Source: Salpingoeca rosetta
Taxonomy: Eukaryota > Protista > Choanoflagellata
Assembly: GCA_033442325.1 (NCBI GenBank)
Contig: JAWQFM010000005.1
Span: 1,564,872-1,628,871 of the forward strand
Length of the DNA stretch: 64,000 nucleotides
Direction of reading: 5' to 3'
Of the stretch, positions 15,171-28,705 are shown piece by piece. A program made the translations under genes and the position numbers. Below the pieces are notes generated by a model. It worked only from the letters and a program-made list of their open reading frames with translations, searched no databases and was not told the DNA's origin. Each line of letters opens with the position of its first letter. Position 1 is the first letter of the stretch.

Positions 15171-17097
15171 ATGAAGGTTGCGGTTGTGGTGTGTCGTGTT
15201 GGCGGGGTCCTTTGACGTGATGTGTGACACTGCTGCATCGAGACGCGCGCATGCATGCATGCCCACACCTCGCACACCCACCTACCACACTCATGTTCTC
15301 GTGCACGGTGTTCTTTGTAGGTGTTGTGCTTTCAGCGTGGGCTGGTGCCCAAGGATGTCACCGTTGCAAAGGGGGATCCGGTCTCCAAGCTGTTCGAGGC
15401 CGTGAACATTGTCGACAAGGACGCTGCGCGCGCTCTTCTGGTGCGCGTGTGTCTGTGTGTGCGTCGACATGTGTCTGTGTGTGTGTGTCTATGTGTCTGT
15501 GTGTCTGTGTGTGTCTGTGTGTGTCTATGTGTCAACATGTGCTGTTTGTCATGTCATCGCTCCAATACCCCTTCACACACACAACACACATACATACACA
15601 AAACACACGCACACAAACATACATACACACAAACATACACACACACACACACACACACAAACGCGTTGACACGTATTGAACAGCTCACTGGAAAGGGACG
15701 CATCGTGCTTAGAGGTGACGACAAGATCGACATTGACGACGAAACTTGTACGATGCTGCATTGCCACCAGCTTGCATGCGCGCGTGCCTATGTGCATGTG
15801 CACTTTGCTCGTGTGTTTGTCTACATGCGTCCGCTTTCCTTGCTTCTTCCCCACCACCGTCATCATGCTGCTGCTCTTGTCGACACATAGGCCGCGCGTT
15901 CATCACCATTCCCCACAACAAGGAAGATCTGCAGGATCGCCCAAAACCAGATCCACACTACAGGGTGAGACTTGCTGCAGGCCACAGAGCATTGATATGC
16001 GCGCGTCGCTTGTCGACCAGCGTGTTCTCACACCACCACTTGTGTGTTGTTGGTTTGGCTGTTCGTGACGCATGCGCATGTCTGTCTCAGCTCGAGAAGT
16101 CGACAATCAACCGCTTCACGGAGCACCTGAAAGACAAACCAAGTACGTGACGAGGTTGTGGCAGTTGTCACATGGTCTGCATGCTGTGCGCGGTCCACTA
16201 AGTTCTGTCAACCACCCTCGGCACTCACCCCTGCTCATCTGCGCACGTGTTGTCTGGACCAAGTTCCCGCCGGCCATACGGGTGCACTGATCCAGGTCAA
16301 GAACCGATCAAAGCAGGTACGGTTACGCCTTTGAGTGCTGTTGAAGCAGCGATTTTGGCTTCGTCAACAACACAACACAGCACTCCACAGCCAAGACACC
16401 CATCAGCTGCCACCAATCACACACTCGCTCGCACTCGCGCTCACGCTCACGTGCACACAGGAGCTGTTTGATGCTGTTGTGCCGCTGGTGATCAAAGCGG
16501 CGACGGCGCTGCAGATTCGCGCGGGAATTCGCGAACCACCATCAGCAGAGGAGCAGCAGAAGCAGGAGCAGGAGGAGGAGGCACAGCAAGGTGTGTTGCG
16601 GGGAGTGTAGCCTTGCACACATGCAAGCTGCTGATCGTGTTTTCACACCCAACCAAAGGTGCACGCACACCTGCAGCGTCTTCCATACAAGCACGTGTAC
16701 ACACACAAACGCACACACACACATACACACACACAAGATGCGCCGTACGATCCTATGAGCGAGGTTGACCAGTCGGCGCTGGCGATGGTGATGGAGGCTG
16801 GCTTTGAGCCGCAGCACTGCGTCAGAGCCCTCTTTGCATCAAGGTCAGCGCCTTGAGACAGCCCTCCTCCCTGTCATGTGTTCCTCACTGCTCGCTCATG
16901 CACTGAACAACGTGGCTCTCCCTTCCCACGCGTACATTCACACGCACTCACGTCCGCATATTGTTGTGCGTGCAGCATGAACCCCGAGCAGGCGGTGCTG
17001 TGGCTACTGGAGCACCAGGGCGACCCCGCCCTCGACAGACCAATCACCCCGCCCCCAAAGTGCGCCTTGTATGTGTATGTGTGTGTGTGTGTGTGTA

Positions 17098-17152
<55 letters not shown>

Positions 17153-17569
17153 GTGTGCGTGCTTGCGAACGTGCTTCTGCGCGAAAAGCATCCCCCCCCA
17201 TTTCACGCATGATGTGTCTGGACTGTGCGCTGTCGTTGCACTCGCCCCCCCCCATCAGGCCCGTGACAACCAGACACGGGCGCAAGTTCCAGCCAGATGC
17301 ACAGGCAAGCCACTTGTATGTGTGCGTGTGTGTGTGTACGTGTGTACGTCACCTCCAGTGCCACTATCATGTGCATGTCATGGCTCTCCTGCCTACAGCG
17401 CGTCGTAGCAGCCGCGTCCTCACGTGCTGCTGCTGTTGCTGCTGCATTGGCTGCTGCCTCACTGCAGGCGTTTCGCAAGCTGAAGGAGCTTGGCTTTGGT
17501 GACGACGACGTGGTGGCGGCGCTGCAGGTCACACGCAACAACTTCAACCAAGCGGTGCGCCCCCGCGTC

Positions 17570-17641
<72 letters not shown>

Positions 17642-18735
17642 GTGTGTGTTGTGTGTGTGTGTTGTGTGTGGTGTGTGTGTTGTGTGTGTGTGTTGTGTGA
17701 ATGAGACCCAGCCCATTATGGTGACTGTGACGTCATGCCACACACCACAATCGCACCACCTCACATTGCCCCCACTGTCATGATGTGCCACCACCGCGCC
17801 ACGCGCCAGTGCGAACTGCTGCTTGGCGGGGAGGACATGTCGGTGCTGCGACAGCAGGAGGCGCTGCCTGTCAAGAACTTGCTCAGGAACATCCTGAAGA
17901 GTCCAGCCGTGTGGGACGCAATGTTCCGACCAGAGTTTGTCCAAGGTCAGACCCGTGTGGGGATAGAAGGAGGGGGGGATTCTTATTGTGTGGTGTTGTG
18001 TGTGTGTGTGTGTGCATCTCTGTGTGTCTGTCTTGTCTGTTCAATCAAGGAGCCTGCCAATTTTGTGTATGCACGCTCGCGCGTTTGGTGCGATCGCTGA
18101 GCATATCCCACCCCCTGCATTGTCTGTGGTGCAGCGCTGGAGTTACTGCTGGAAAGCCACATGTACGAGGACGATGCAGACAACAACGCATGCATTGCCC
18201 AAGGCCTCCGTGATCTCACAGACGTAAGACACACACACGCACACGCACACACGCACACGCACACACGCACACACACGCGCGCGCGTGCTGACCTTGTCCA
18301 ACCACATGCCCAATTCCCCCGCGTGGACAGACGCTGTCGCGGTTTGAGCCTGAGGTTTACGAGCGGGACGAGCAGGCGCAGTTTGAGGACAGCGGGCTGG
18401 ACTACGCTGTGCAGCAGGGCGCTGACGGCCGCACAGACGTGTACCATCGCCTGCTGGAGCGAGTGCTCGGGCAGTCGCCGCTGGACGCGTCGCGGGCGCG
18501 AGTGGTGCACGACTTTTTCGATTTCGGCGAGCCGAGTGGGTACGTGTTTAATAACGACCGAGAACCCGAGAACGTGGATCAGATGGACGGGTTTCGGGCT
18601 GCGCGGCAGTTTGCGAGTGCACTGGTTGAGTCGCAGGACGAAGAAGAAGACGATGAATACAATGATGAGGATGAAGAGAACGAGGAGGAGGAGGAGTATG
18701 ATGAGGACATCAACGACGGCACCACTGACGCATAA
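15171..18735 (+). CDS. UBAC1: Ubiquitin-associated domain-containing protein 1 (KPC2)-like: UBL-like N-terminus, two UBA domains, STI1-like region, acidic tail
   Basis: UBA1 VDQSALAMVMEAGFEPQHCVRAL..MNPEQAVLWLLEHQGDP; RKFQPDAQAFRKLKELGFGDDDVVAALQVTRNNFNQACELLLG; LLRNILKSPAV. The first exon is inferred as ATGAAG. Confidence 0.85.
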
Positions 18736-18756
18736 TGCCATGCAGCAATCGTGGCG

Positions 18757-18831
<75 letters not shown>

Positions 18832-19007
18832 AATCGGTGTGTTTTTTTGCATGTGTTGTGATTGTGTGGTTGAGCCTTTTATGATTGCCTCGTGTGGCTG
18901 AAAGGTGGTGTGGTTCGTTGCGAGCCTTTTCACATATACAACAAGCCAGCAACACACGACAGTCAATGCCCCACCGCGCAACGAAAGTGCCGCCACCCGT
19001 TGTGTGC

Positions 19008-19069
<62 letters not shown>

Positions 19070-19075
19070 CAGCAG

Positions 19076-19744
19076 TTACGTGTGCAGCAGGTGCTCCAGT
19101 ACACCGTCCTCTGCTGCCGAGCACAGCTCATCCACTGCGTGATAAAACGCCTCATCGTCATCATCATCATCGTCGGCATTGCTGCTGTCACCATCATTCA
19201 GCACGCTCACGCCCGCGCTGCTGCTGGTGTTAGCGCTTCTGCTGTTTTCGTCGTCGTGTGCGTCGACAGGCGTGTCGAGGAGCGCGTGGCTCTTGAAGGG
19301 CAGCAGCGATACGGGCAGGCAGCGGTCTAGCGATTTGAATTGCGCGGCGCGGCAGTCCGGGTCGTAGCACTTCTGGTAGTACACGCCCGTGAGCAGATTC
19401 ACAACATAGTACACGCCGTTGCTCTTGTGCTCGCGCATGACATGGTGGCAGTAGCGCGCGTGTGCAATGTCGTAGGAGATGACCTTGCTGGCCGGAAACA
19501 ACGTCCACCTGCGAATGCTCGCTTGGCGCGCTGCCCCACGACTGGCAACACGGACAATGAAGGCATCCACGTCCGGGTACGGCGTGGCTTCGTACGACCC
19601 TGTGCAAGTAGTAACCGGTTGATGCGAGGATGAGGCGCGCGTGGGCGTGCGTGTGTGTGTGTGGGGGGGGGAGCGCTGGGAGGTGCAAAGTGCAAGTGCG
19701 CGCACGAGACAGACTCGCACCTAAAACATGCATCACACCAACAT

Positions 19745-19830
<86 letters not shown>

Positions 19831-21219
19831 GCACGCACACACACACGCACACACACACACACACACATTTGCACCAACCTGGCGAGACAGTCTGCGTGAT
19901 GGCGGTGCCACTGTGATCTTTGCTGGCTGCCATGCTTAAGCGTTGAGAGGCATCACAGCCACCACGACTGATATTACTTCCCGCTCGCCCACCAGCGCCA
20001 TCCGTGCACGTCAGGATGCGCGTGTCTTCCGTGTACTCAACGTTGCACACCAGCGAGCGTTCAAATACTTGATGGTGCCACGCCTCCGTGCCCGCCCGCG
20101 CCGTGATCTGCGCACTGCAATCCCTCGCAAGCTGAAGCACTGCTGTCTTGCCCTGCTTTGATGACAGGTACAGCCGGAACGTGCGGTTGCGCGTGTACAC
20201 ACCAAGGTCAACAAACCACACCAGGTTGCCGTGCTCGTCTCGCACCTTCAGGTTCATGCCCTTTTCTCTCGCATGCCCCGGAACGTTGTCTACGTCAGCA
20301 CTACAACTCCCTCCAGTGCCATCGCCACTCCCTTCCTGCTGGCCGTCGTCATCATCAGCTTCACCACCGCCACCCCTTTCAGCACCTTCACCATCACTCC
20401 CACCATCAACACCAACACCATCACTCCCAACACTAACACCAATACCATCACCGTCAGCACCTCCGTTGCTGCTGTTGGCGTCAAGTCCATGCTGTTCTGT
20501 GTCAATACATGTGGTCCGCGGTATACTGTCTCCGCCTTGATCATCGCTGCCGCTGCTGCTGCGCCGATGCGATGCGTAGTGAAGGTCGTGCACGGCCTGG
20601 CGCACAAAGGCGCCCACGTGCCGGTTGTTGCGGAACGCGGCGTGTGGCGCGCGGATCGTCACGTGCCGCGAGAACTTGGTGGCGGTCGTGGAGTCCAGGA
20701 TCACTGCATCCTTTGGTGTGCATCTGAGCTTGTAGCGCTGGTTCATGCGCCGGCACAGCAGCTCAACGAGCCGGCGTGTCAGGGCTGCGCCGTCCACATC
20801 GGGGTTGTGCTCCCTGGCGTACTCCAGGTCCAGGTAAAGGTGGCAGGGGCTGTCCTGCCGAATGAGCTCGTAGTGGTGCCGCTGCTTTGGCGGAAGGCTG
20901 TAGTAGCGGGACCAGAAGCGCTCGTTGCTCACGAGGAACCGCCGCTTGCCCTGCGTGGAAGTCTCCGTCTCAAACGCGTACACAGACAGAGGTTGCGAGC
21001 ACGTGGTCACGAAGTCAAACGCCATCTGCTGCAGCGGAAACGTGCGCCACACCAGCGACGGCGCAAACAGGTTTCCTTGGTCCGGCACCTGTGCATATCC
21101 TTCTGTCTTGGATGCTTCGCCGGCGGCGCGATATTCTTCCAGTTTGGCCAGCCACCGATCGTTGCGCCTGCATGAGTGCATGAGTGTGCATGTGTGCATG
21201 AGTGAGCATGTGTGCATGA

Positions 21220-21295
<76 letters not shown>

Positions 21296-21592
21296 ATGTC
21301 TGCCCTGTATGTCTCTAAGCTGCGCTGAACGTGCGCTCATCATGCTGGTTGCTGTGGTGCTGCATTCAACACTGCAGGCGGCAGTGTGTGGAACATACGC
21401 GGCTTGTGGTGGTTCGTTGGTGGCGGGGTCGGCCGCTTCCTCCCTGCGTCTACCCTGCGACACCTTTGCCCGCTTGTAGAAAGAGGAAGGGGCAATGGTG
21501 CGTGTGCCGTGCCTTGCCTCCTTCCCACGCCCCTCTGCTCCACGCTCGTGTTCCTCGTCTTCCCATTCTCGCCACACCATCATCCTCGTCAT
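19076..21592 (-). CDS. PRIMPOL: DNA-directed primase/polymerase PrimPol; 3 exons
   Basis: AEP motifs HYELI..PCHLYLDLEY, KFSRH and FVDLGVYTRNRTFRLYLSSK; UL52-type Zn finger YCHHVMREHKSN..QKCYDPDC. A phase-2 gtatgt donor at 21398 places the start at 21580-21592. Confidence 0.95.
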
Positions 21593-21629
21593 CGCTCCTG
21601 GTCCGAGAAAATAACGGGCAACAACCAAG
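21593..21629. promoter_or_regulatory. 37-bp interval between divergent start codons (candidate bidirectional promoter)
   Basis: PrimPol CAT at 21590-21592; next gene ATG at 21630. Confidence 0.45.
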
Positions 21630-22297
21630 ATGCAACGCTTGCTGCTGATGATGATGTGGATGGTGGTGCTGGTGGTGGCGATGTGTGGTGGATGGAGCGA
21701 AGGAAAGTACCCAAGCTGCATGGGGAGAGGGTACTTCTACAACGACGACATCTGCGTGTGCCACCCAGGGTACCACTCAATTGGGCTGTGGTCGGACGTA
21801 TATTCGATGGGCAACAGCGGCGTGTCCCGGCACGGGTATGCGCGCTCGTGCTGCCGTCACTGCTACTGCACACCACCCGGCTGGCCGGAGCTGATGAGCA
21901 CCGCGCACGTGGGCAAGCGCAACCACCACGCAGACGTGCGACCGCTCGCCATCAGGGACGACAGAGAGGCTGTGCTGCAGGACATGCACGTGCGACGCGC
22001 CGTTGCCGACGACGCCACCAGCAGCAACAGCAGAAGCCACAACAACAACGTTGATCTGAACATTGCCGTGTCACTGGGCGCCTTTGATGAGCTTCAGCCT
22101 CGCTTCCCAAGCTGCGTTGTGCCGGGGTATGACGCGGAGGCGCAGGTCACGGAAGAAGAGGGTGTGGCGCTGGCGCGGTCGTTTGTGGACGGGTGTGCAT
22201 CAAAGTGGGAGTGGGCGCGGCAGTTTCACAACCCCATCAACGTAAGCAAGCTCAGTGTATGTGTGTGTGTCTGTGTCTGTGTGTGTGTACCTGTGTA

Positions 22298-22379
<82 letters not shown>

Positions 22380-22586
22380 GATGACCTCGACTCTCTCTAG
22401 TGCTGGCTTTCTGCTTCATTCACGCTGCTTGTTGTCTGGTTCGCACACAACGTGTCCACATTTCAGCACCGCGCGGTTGTGCTTGCTGCATGGGTGACTT
22501 TCCGACCAGACGGGCAGCGTAACCATACCATCAGCTGCCATGACATCGGCTACATAGCCCAGTGCGTTTGATGCGGTGCACGTGTG

Positions 22587-22655
<69 letters not shown>

Positions 22656-24078
22656 TGGTGGTGGTGGTGATGGTGGTGGTGGTGGTGGTGGCACAGGGAC
22701 GAGTAGTTCAGCTGTGTCAATGCTGCATCAGCTCAACCCCCCCCCCCCAAACTTGGTTACAACGCCGCTCCACACGCAGGTGGTACGAGAGCGTGATGAC
22801 GATGGGCTTGCCGGCCATCCTCTTCCACGATTGCGCGTCTCCACGCCTTGTGGATGCTCTCACGAACCATCTCGTTAGGTGCAGCCCATGTTGCATGCGC
22901 GTCTGTGTATGTGTGTGTGCGTGTGCATCTCTGTACCTCCTGTGTACCTCCTGTGTGCCTCCGACGTGCGCCAATGTGCACCAGGAAGGGACTCACGTGC
23001 CACATTTGCCCCCCCCCCCTCACCCCGCCGGGTTTCGCTTGTGCAACCGCGTGTGCAGGTTTGAGAAGGTGCAGCTTGACCCGAGCTCCGACATCCACTT
23101 CAAGCAGTCGCCCAACGACGTGCGCTTTGTGCTCTTCAAGGAATATCTCGACCGCTCAGACGCCGTCTACGACTTTGTGCTCATGACAGACCTCCACGAC
23201 GTCAGGTGTGTTTGTGTGTATGTGTGTGTGTGTGTGTGTGCGTGTGTCTCCCTCTGTCTGCTGCTTTATTCTCGCCTCTTCCACCACAACTTTCCTGATT
23301 GTAACACACACACATGTACACACACACACACACAGAACGACCATCCATCCAACTCATCCACTGCCCCGCCTCGCCCCATACCGTGCAGGTTTCGGCGTGA
23401 CCCGTTCTCTGCAATGCGCGCGCGCCCGGATATCGAGATCTTCATCGGCGCAGACCGTTACGCCTACAAGAACAACCCGTACGTCGTCTGGTGGTGATGA
23501 ACAGCAGAGCACCTGCTGTGTTGCTGTTACCGCTCTTCACACGAGTACCGCTGCATGCCTCGACCTGGCACACATCCACGCAAACACACACTTTCGCACA
23601 CACATCACACACACACACACGTACGCACACACGCACACACATCGCACACACACACACACACACTTACGCACATCACACACACACATACACATACGCATAC
23701 AGGTTCACGTGGGAGGTGCTGGAGTGGTGCGCGGAGGCGTATGGGCAGCTGCCCTATGAACCATGGTTCGGGGACGCCATGACCCTCAACTGCGGTGTCG
23801 TTGGCGGCAAATACGACGCTGTCCTCCGCCTGCTCACACACGTTGTCAAGCTGTACTCCGAGCGAGAGTTTGAAAAGCACAGCTGCCGCGAGCCGTGGCA
23901 ACGCTACTGCGACATGGCCATGTTTGCCATCGCCCTCATGACCGGATACGAGACACTGTATGCCGATCCAGCGACCACACCGCCAACGCACCTCTATCGC
24001 TATGACAGCGGGCCACCCTTCACCAGCTTCTTTGCAGATGAGACACCCTCCCAGCCCTATTATGTCATCCACAAGTAA
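21630..24078 (+). CDS. Secreted protein, paralogue A: signal peptide, 7-Cys peptide, GKR, linker, putative GT-A-like glycosyltransferase domain; 6 exons
   Basis: Hydrophobic N-terminus; motifs RPDGQR, WYESV..LFHD, SPNDVRF, LMTDLHDV, DPF, LNCGVVGG, DMAMF, terminal YVIHK*. The glycosyltransferase call is inferred from the TDxxD and NxGxxGG motifs. Confidence 0.75.
21912..22257 (+). repeat. Left arm of a 346-bp, ~99% identical inverted repeat (partner 26288-26633)
   Basis: Manual comparison found 4 mismatches. The arm begins at GGC AAG CGC and ends 16 nt into intron 1. Confidence 0.92.
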
Positions 24079-24511
24079 CGGATTTGTCCGCGCGTACATG
24101 TGTGTGCATGTGCACGAGTGCATAATTGATTGACTGAGCTCTCGTCATGCTGTGGTATCAGTTACTGCTGTACATATGCATCCACTTGACTGAGTTTGTA
24201 GACACAGTTAGCATGGTGAAGCAATTGTTTAGAAGAGCAACTACCAGAGGTTTCATTACACGAAAGTGCTCGATATACAGACGTGCTCACTTAAGGCTAC
24301 GCATGTGTCAGAACGGCGAACAGACGGAAAGGAAGCAAGCAAGCACGAGGTGTGCGTGCAAACTCGTCAAGAAAGGGCTGTCACGTCACGTCAATTACAC
24401 GGCACACGTGTCGGTGACAGCAATTGCACCACAGCACGCTTCGTCGTGGCACGATGATGTGAGGGGGAGGTATCCTGATGCGCCAGCACCAATCAACATG
24501 CGCCGTGCGGA

Positions 24512-26918
24512 TCACTTGTGGATGACATAATACGGCGGCGACGAGACGTGAAGCGTGAAGGGACTTGTGAATGGGACGCCGCTGTCAAACCTGAATGGCT
24601 GCTGCAGCGCCGCCCACGACCCGTCATCTGCGATGACGTCCTCGTGCAGCGTCTCGTATCCGGTCATGAGGGCGATGGCAAACATGGCCATGTCGCATGA
24701 GCGCTCCCATGGCTCCATGCACGCGTGCTTCTCGTAGGTTCTTTGCTTGTACAGCTTGACGACGTGTGCCAGCAGCCGCACGGTTGACGCATATTGGCCC
24801 CCGACGACCCCGCAGTTTGGCGGGATTGTGTGTTGGAAGGCTGGGTGGTGGAGCAGTGGCGCATACGCCGGCGCACACCACTCCAAGTACTCCGACACAT
24901 ACCTGTGGGTTTGCGCGCATGTGTGCGCGCGTGTGTGTGATGGAGAGTGTAACCGTGAGAAAGAGGGGGGGGGAGAGGGTGTGTGTGTGTGTGTGTGCGT
25001 GTGTATGTGTGTATGTGTGTATGTGTGTATGTGTGTATGTGTGTATGTGTATGTGTGTGTGTGTGTGTGTGTGATGGAGAGTGTGAGATACGTAGATGTG
25101 TGTGTATTTGAAAGAGAGAGCATGAGGAGCGCTACCGGCTGAAGGCCAATTCAACTCACGGATTGTGGCGAAAAGAAAGTGTTTCAGCGCCGATGAAGAT
25201 CTCGACATCCGGGCGCGCGCGCATCGCAGAGAACGGATCACGGCGAAACCTGCATGATACGGGGTGGGGCGGTGCGGTTAATGAGTCGGATGGGGTGGGG
25301 TCGGTGGATGAGTTGGATGGAACAGGAAGCAACGACATGAGATGCAAGAAACACTGCTCTTGAGTGCTTGTACACACACACGCACACACACGCACACACA
25401 CGCACACACAAACACACACGCACACACACCTGACATCGCTCATGTCTGTCATGAGGACATGCGTGAGGTGCTGCTGCTCGCTGCGGCGCAAGTACTCAGA
25501 ATAGAGCACAAAGCGCACGTCGTACGGCGACTGCTTAAAGTGGATATTGGAGCTCATATCATGCTCCACCCGCTCAAATCTGATACAGCCACGACAGGCC
25601 ACGTGGTAAATGTGAGCGGGCGTCTTGCGACTACCCACAACTTCAAGCGGCCTGAGCACCACACGTCTGCTGGGGTGCCACAAGGAGCGCCATGGGGGTG
25701 ACGCAAGCAGGCAACATCGGTGGACCAGCCACTCGTGCACGCATATTTGTACACATACATATGCAAGCAAGCAAGCTGCTGCGATTGAGAGGCATGCGTG
25801 AAGCAGCACAGGGCGTACGTGATATTGTCGTTCTGCAAGGCGGCGACGAGGCCTGGTGACAGGCAGTCGTGGAGCACTACGGCACGCAGCCCCATGGTCA
25901 TGATAGACTCGTACCATCCAGCAATGTACGCTGGGTTTGTGCAGCCCAAGGTGTTGTATCGCTGCGTATCTGGGCGGAACGACATCCACGATGACAGCAC
26001 CAGGGTATCTCGCTTACAAGGCATTGCAAAGCACAAGGAAGTGTGTGAGGTAGGGGATGTGACATGGTGGAAGACAGAGGGTGGTGCTCTCGCAACGAAG
26101 CGCTGAGGAAGAAGCAAGAAAGGAAACACAACAGCAGCAGGCGCGATACCATGCGCGATTGTAGTTCAAAGAACACGACGACTCACCACACAAGGAGAAG
26201 GATACCACACACGCACACACGCACACACACGCACACACATACACACATACACACACACACGTACACACACACACGCGCACACAGACGCACTGAGCTTGCT
26301 TACGTTGATGGGGTTGTGAAACTGCCGCGCCCACTCCCACTTCGATGCACACCCGTCCACAAACGACCGCGCCAGCGCCACACCCTCTTCTTCCGTGACC
26401 TGCGCCTCCGCGTCATACCCCGGCACAACGCAGCTTGGGAAGCGAGGCTGCAGCTCATCAAAGGCGCCCAGTGACACGGCAATGTTCAGATCAACGTTGT
26501 TGTTGTGGCTTCTGCTGTTGCTGCTGGTGGCGTCGTCGGCAACGGCGCGTCGCACGCGCATGTCCTGCAGCACAGCCTCCCTGTCGTCCCTGATGGCGAG
26601 CGGTCGCACGTCTGCGTGGTGGTTGCGCTTGCCGATGAATGTGTTTCTCACAATAGCCCATGGGTCGCCACAGAAGCAGTGCTTGCAGCAATTCTTGTTG
26701 AAGCCGGTTGAAGAGACAGGCGGGTCGAAGGCATACACCAGCTGGCCCCGCGCAAGCTGCTGCTGCTCCCGGTTGCAAATGCACATCTGCGTATCGCGGT
26801 AGTAGTGGCCATGTGGCTCGCACGGCCAATGCACGCCCTCGCAACGCACGGCCAGCACCAGCACCGCAGCAACCGCTGCTGCAACCACACCACACCACCA
26901 CCCCTCGCGTGTCAGCAT
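24512..26918 (-). CDS. Secreted protein, paralogue B (inverted, tail-to-tail with A); 5 exons
   Basis: Same architecture as A: RPDTQR, WYESI..VLHD, SPYDVRF, LMTDMSDV, FRRDPFSAMRARPD, PNCGVVGG, DMAMFAIALMTGYETL, YYVIHK*. Confidence 0.75.
26288..26633 (-). repeat. Right arm of the 346-bp inverted repeat
   Basis: Reverse complement of 21912-22257. Confidence 0.92.
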
Positions 26919-27054
26919 CGCTGTTGTGTGCTGTGGTCAGCGCTGTTGTCCTACCAATCCATCCCACAGAAAAATCGCGCACTTCTCGCCTTCAAGTTGT
27001 GCAGGTGTGTTTACCTGTGTTTGTGTGTCGTGCGCGTGTGTGTCGTGGACGGCG

Positions 27055-27603
27055 ATGTTGGTGGCGATGCTGCTAGCGCGGTGTGGCCGCAGCGCCGTGG
27101 CTGTTCGCGGTGCGGCCGCTGGACTTGGGGGACGTGGTGCGGTGGGAAGCAGGCGCATGGTTGCTGCTTCTGCTTCTGCTGTTGCTGCTTCTGCTGCTGC
27201 TGCTTCTGCTGCTGCTGCTGCTGCGCAGGCGTGGCAACAGCGACAGCATGTGCAGCTGGCCACCCGTGGTCGTGGGTGCTGCTGCTTCATGTCAACGACA
27301 TCAACACCACAAGACATGCGTGGACACGACGAGCACAACGGCGACACGACGAGCACCGCAAGGGACGTGCAAGTGCATGGAGGAGGCGAGGGCGGATCGC
27401 CCGTACGCGGCGCAGCTCCACTGCCGCCGGAGGTGGAGGCTCGTGTGCGCGACGTGCTGGGTGGAACGAGCACGCGCGAGCTGGCGCAGGTGGTGCAGCT
27501 CGCCCAGGACGAGGAGCAGCTCTTCAGCATCGTCGACGTCATCGTACAGAACCAGGTCAGTACATTGGATGGAAGAAAGATAGTGGGGGTGTGCGTGCGT
27601 GCG

Positions 27604-27650
<47 letters not shown>

Positions 27651-28287
27651 ACGTGTGTGCATGCGCGTGTGTACACGTGTGTGCATGCATGCGTGAATAT
27701 GCTCGGCCAAGTGCGTGTATGCGCTCAAGCAAGTGGATGCGCTACACCTCTTCGTCGAGAGCACACATGCACATACACATGCTCACACTGACGCTGCCGC
27801 TCTTGCTCACGTACACGGTCTTTCACACACACACACATACACAAATGTGGTAGCCTGCTCGAGGCCATGTGAAGTTTATCAATGCAGTGCTCAACCGCAT
27901 GGATGAGCTGAACGCCGATGTGGAGGTGCACTTCTACAACCGCCTGCTTGAAGTGTTCCCAGTGACAAACACGTGAGTGCGCCAGCGTTGCTCATGCGCA
28001 TGCATGCGCTTGTCCATACCGTGACCTACGTTTGCCCGCACGCGCGCACACGACGCTACATTGCACACGTATACATGCTTTCATGCACCTGCGTTCGTGC
28101 CCACACGCCCACACGCATGCACGCACCTCGGTGCTGTGCAGGTACAAGACCAAGTCGCTACTGGATGCGGTGTGGCCGCGGCCGAGTTTACAGGTTGACG
28201 CAGCACTCAAGGTGCTGAATCGCATGGAGAACGAGGGCGTCATGCCCAACGGCCACACCTTCCACTCCCTGATGGAGGTCAGGGGCA

Positions 28288-28362
<75 letters not shown>

Positions 28363-28705
28363 CATGTGAGCGTGTGTGTTCACCTGTGCATGTGTGTGTG
28401 TGTGTGTCTGTGTATGTGAGTTTCATGCAAGCGGGATTGTTCGAGCTTTGTGTGCACCTCTTCATCCCTTCTCCCTCCCCCGAATTACTCCACCTCACTC
28501 GATCCATACCCCCCCCACACACACACAGGTGTTTGGCCGAGCGAGCCAGCCCATCAAGAAGGTGCGGAGCATGGGGTACTGGATGCGCTACTTCATGGAC
28601 TCCAACCCCTTCTCCATCTCCATGCTGCCTGAACGGCCCCGCAACGAACGCGCCTTTATGCACTACACCGCCCAGCGCATTGGCGGCGAGGCGTCCACCT
28701 GCCAC

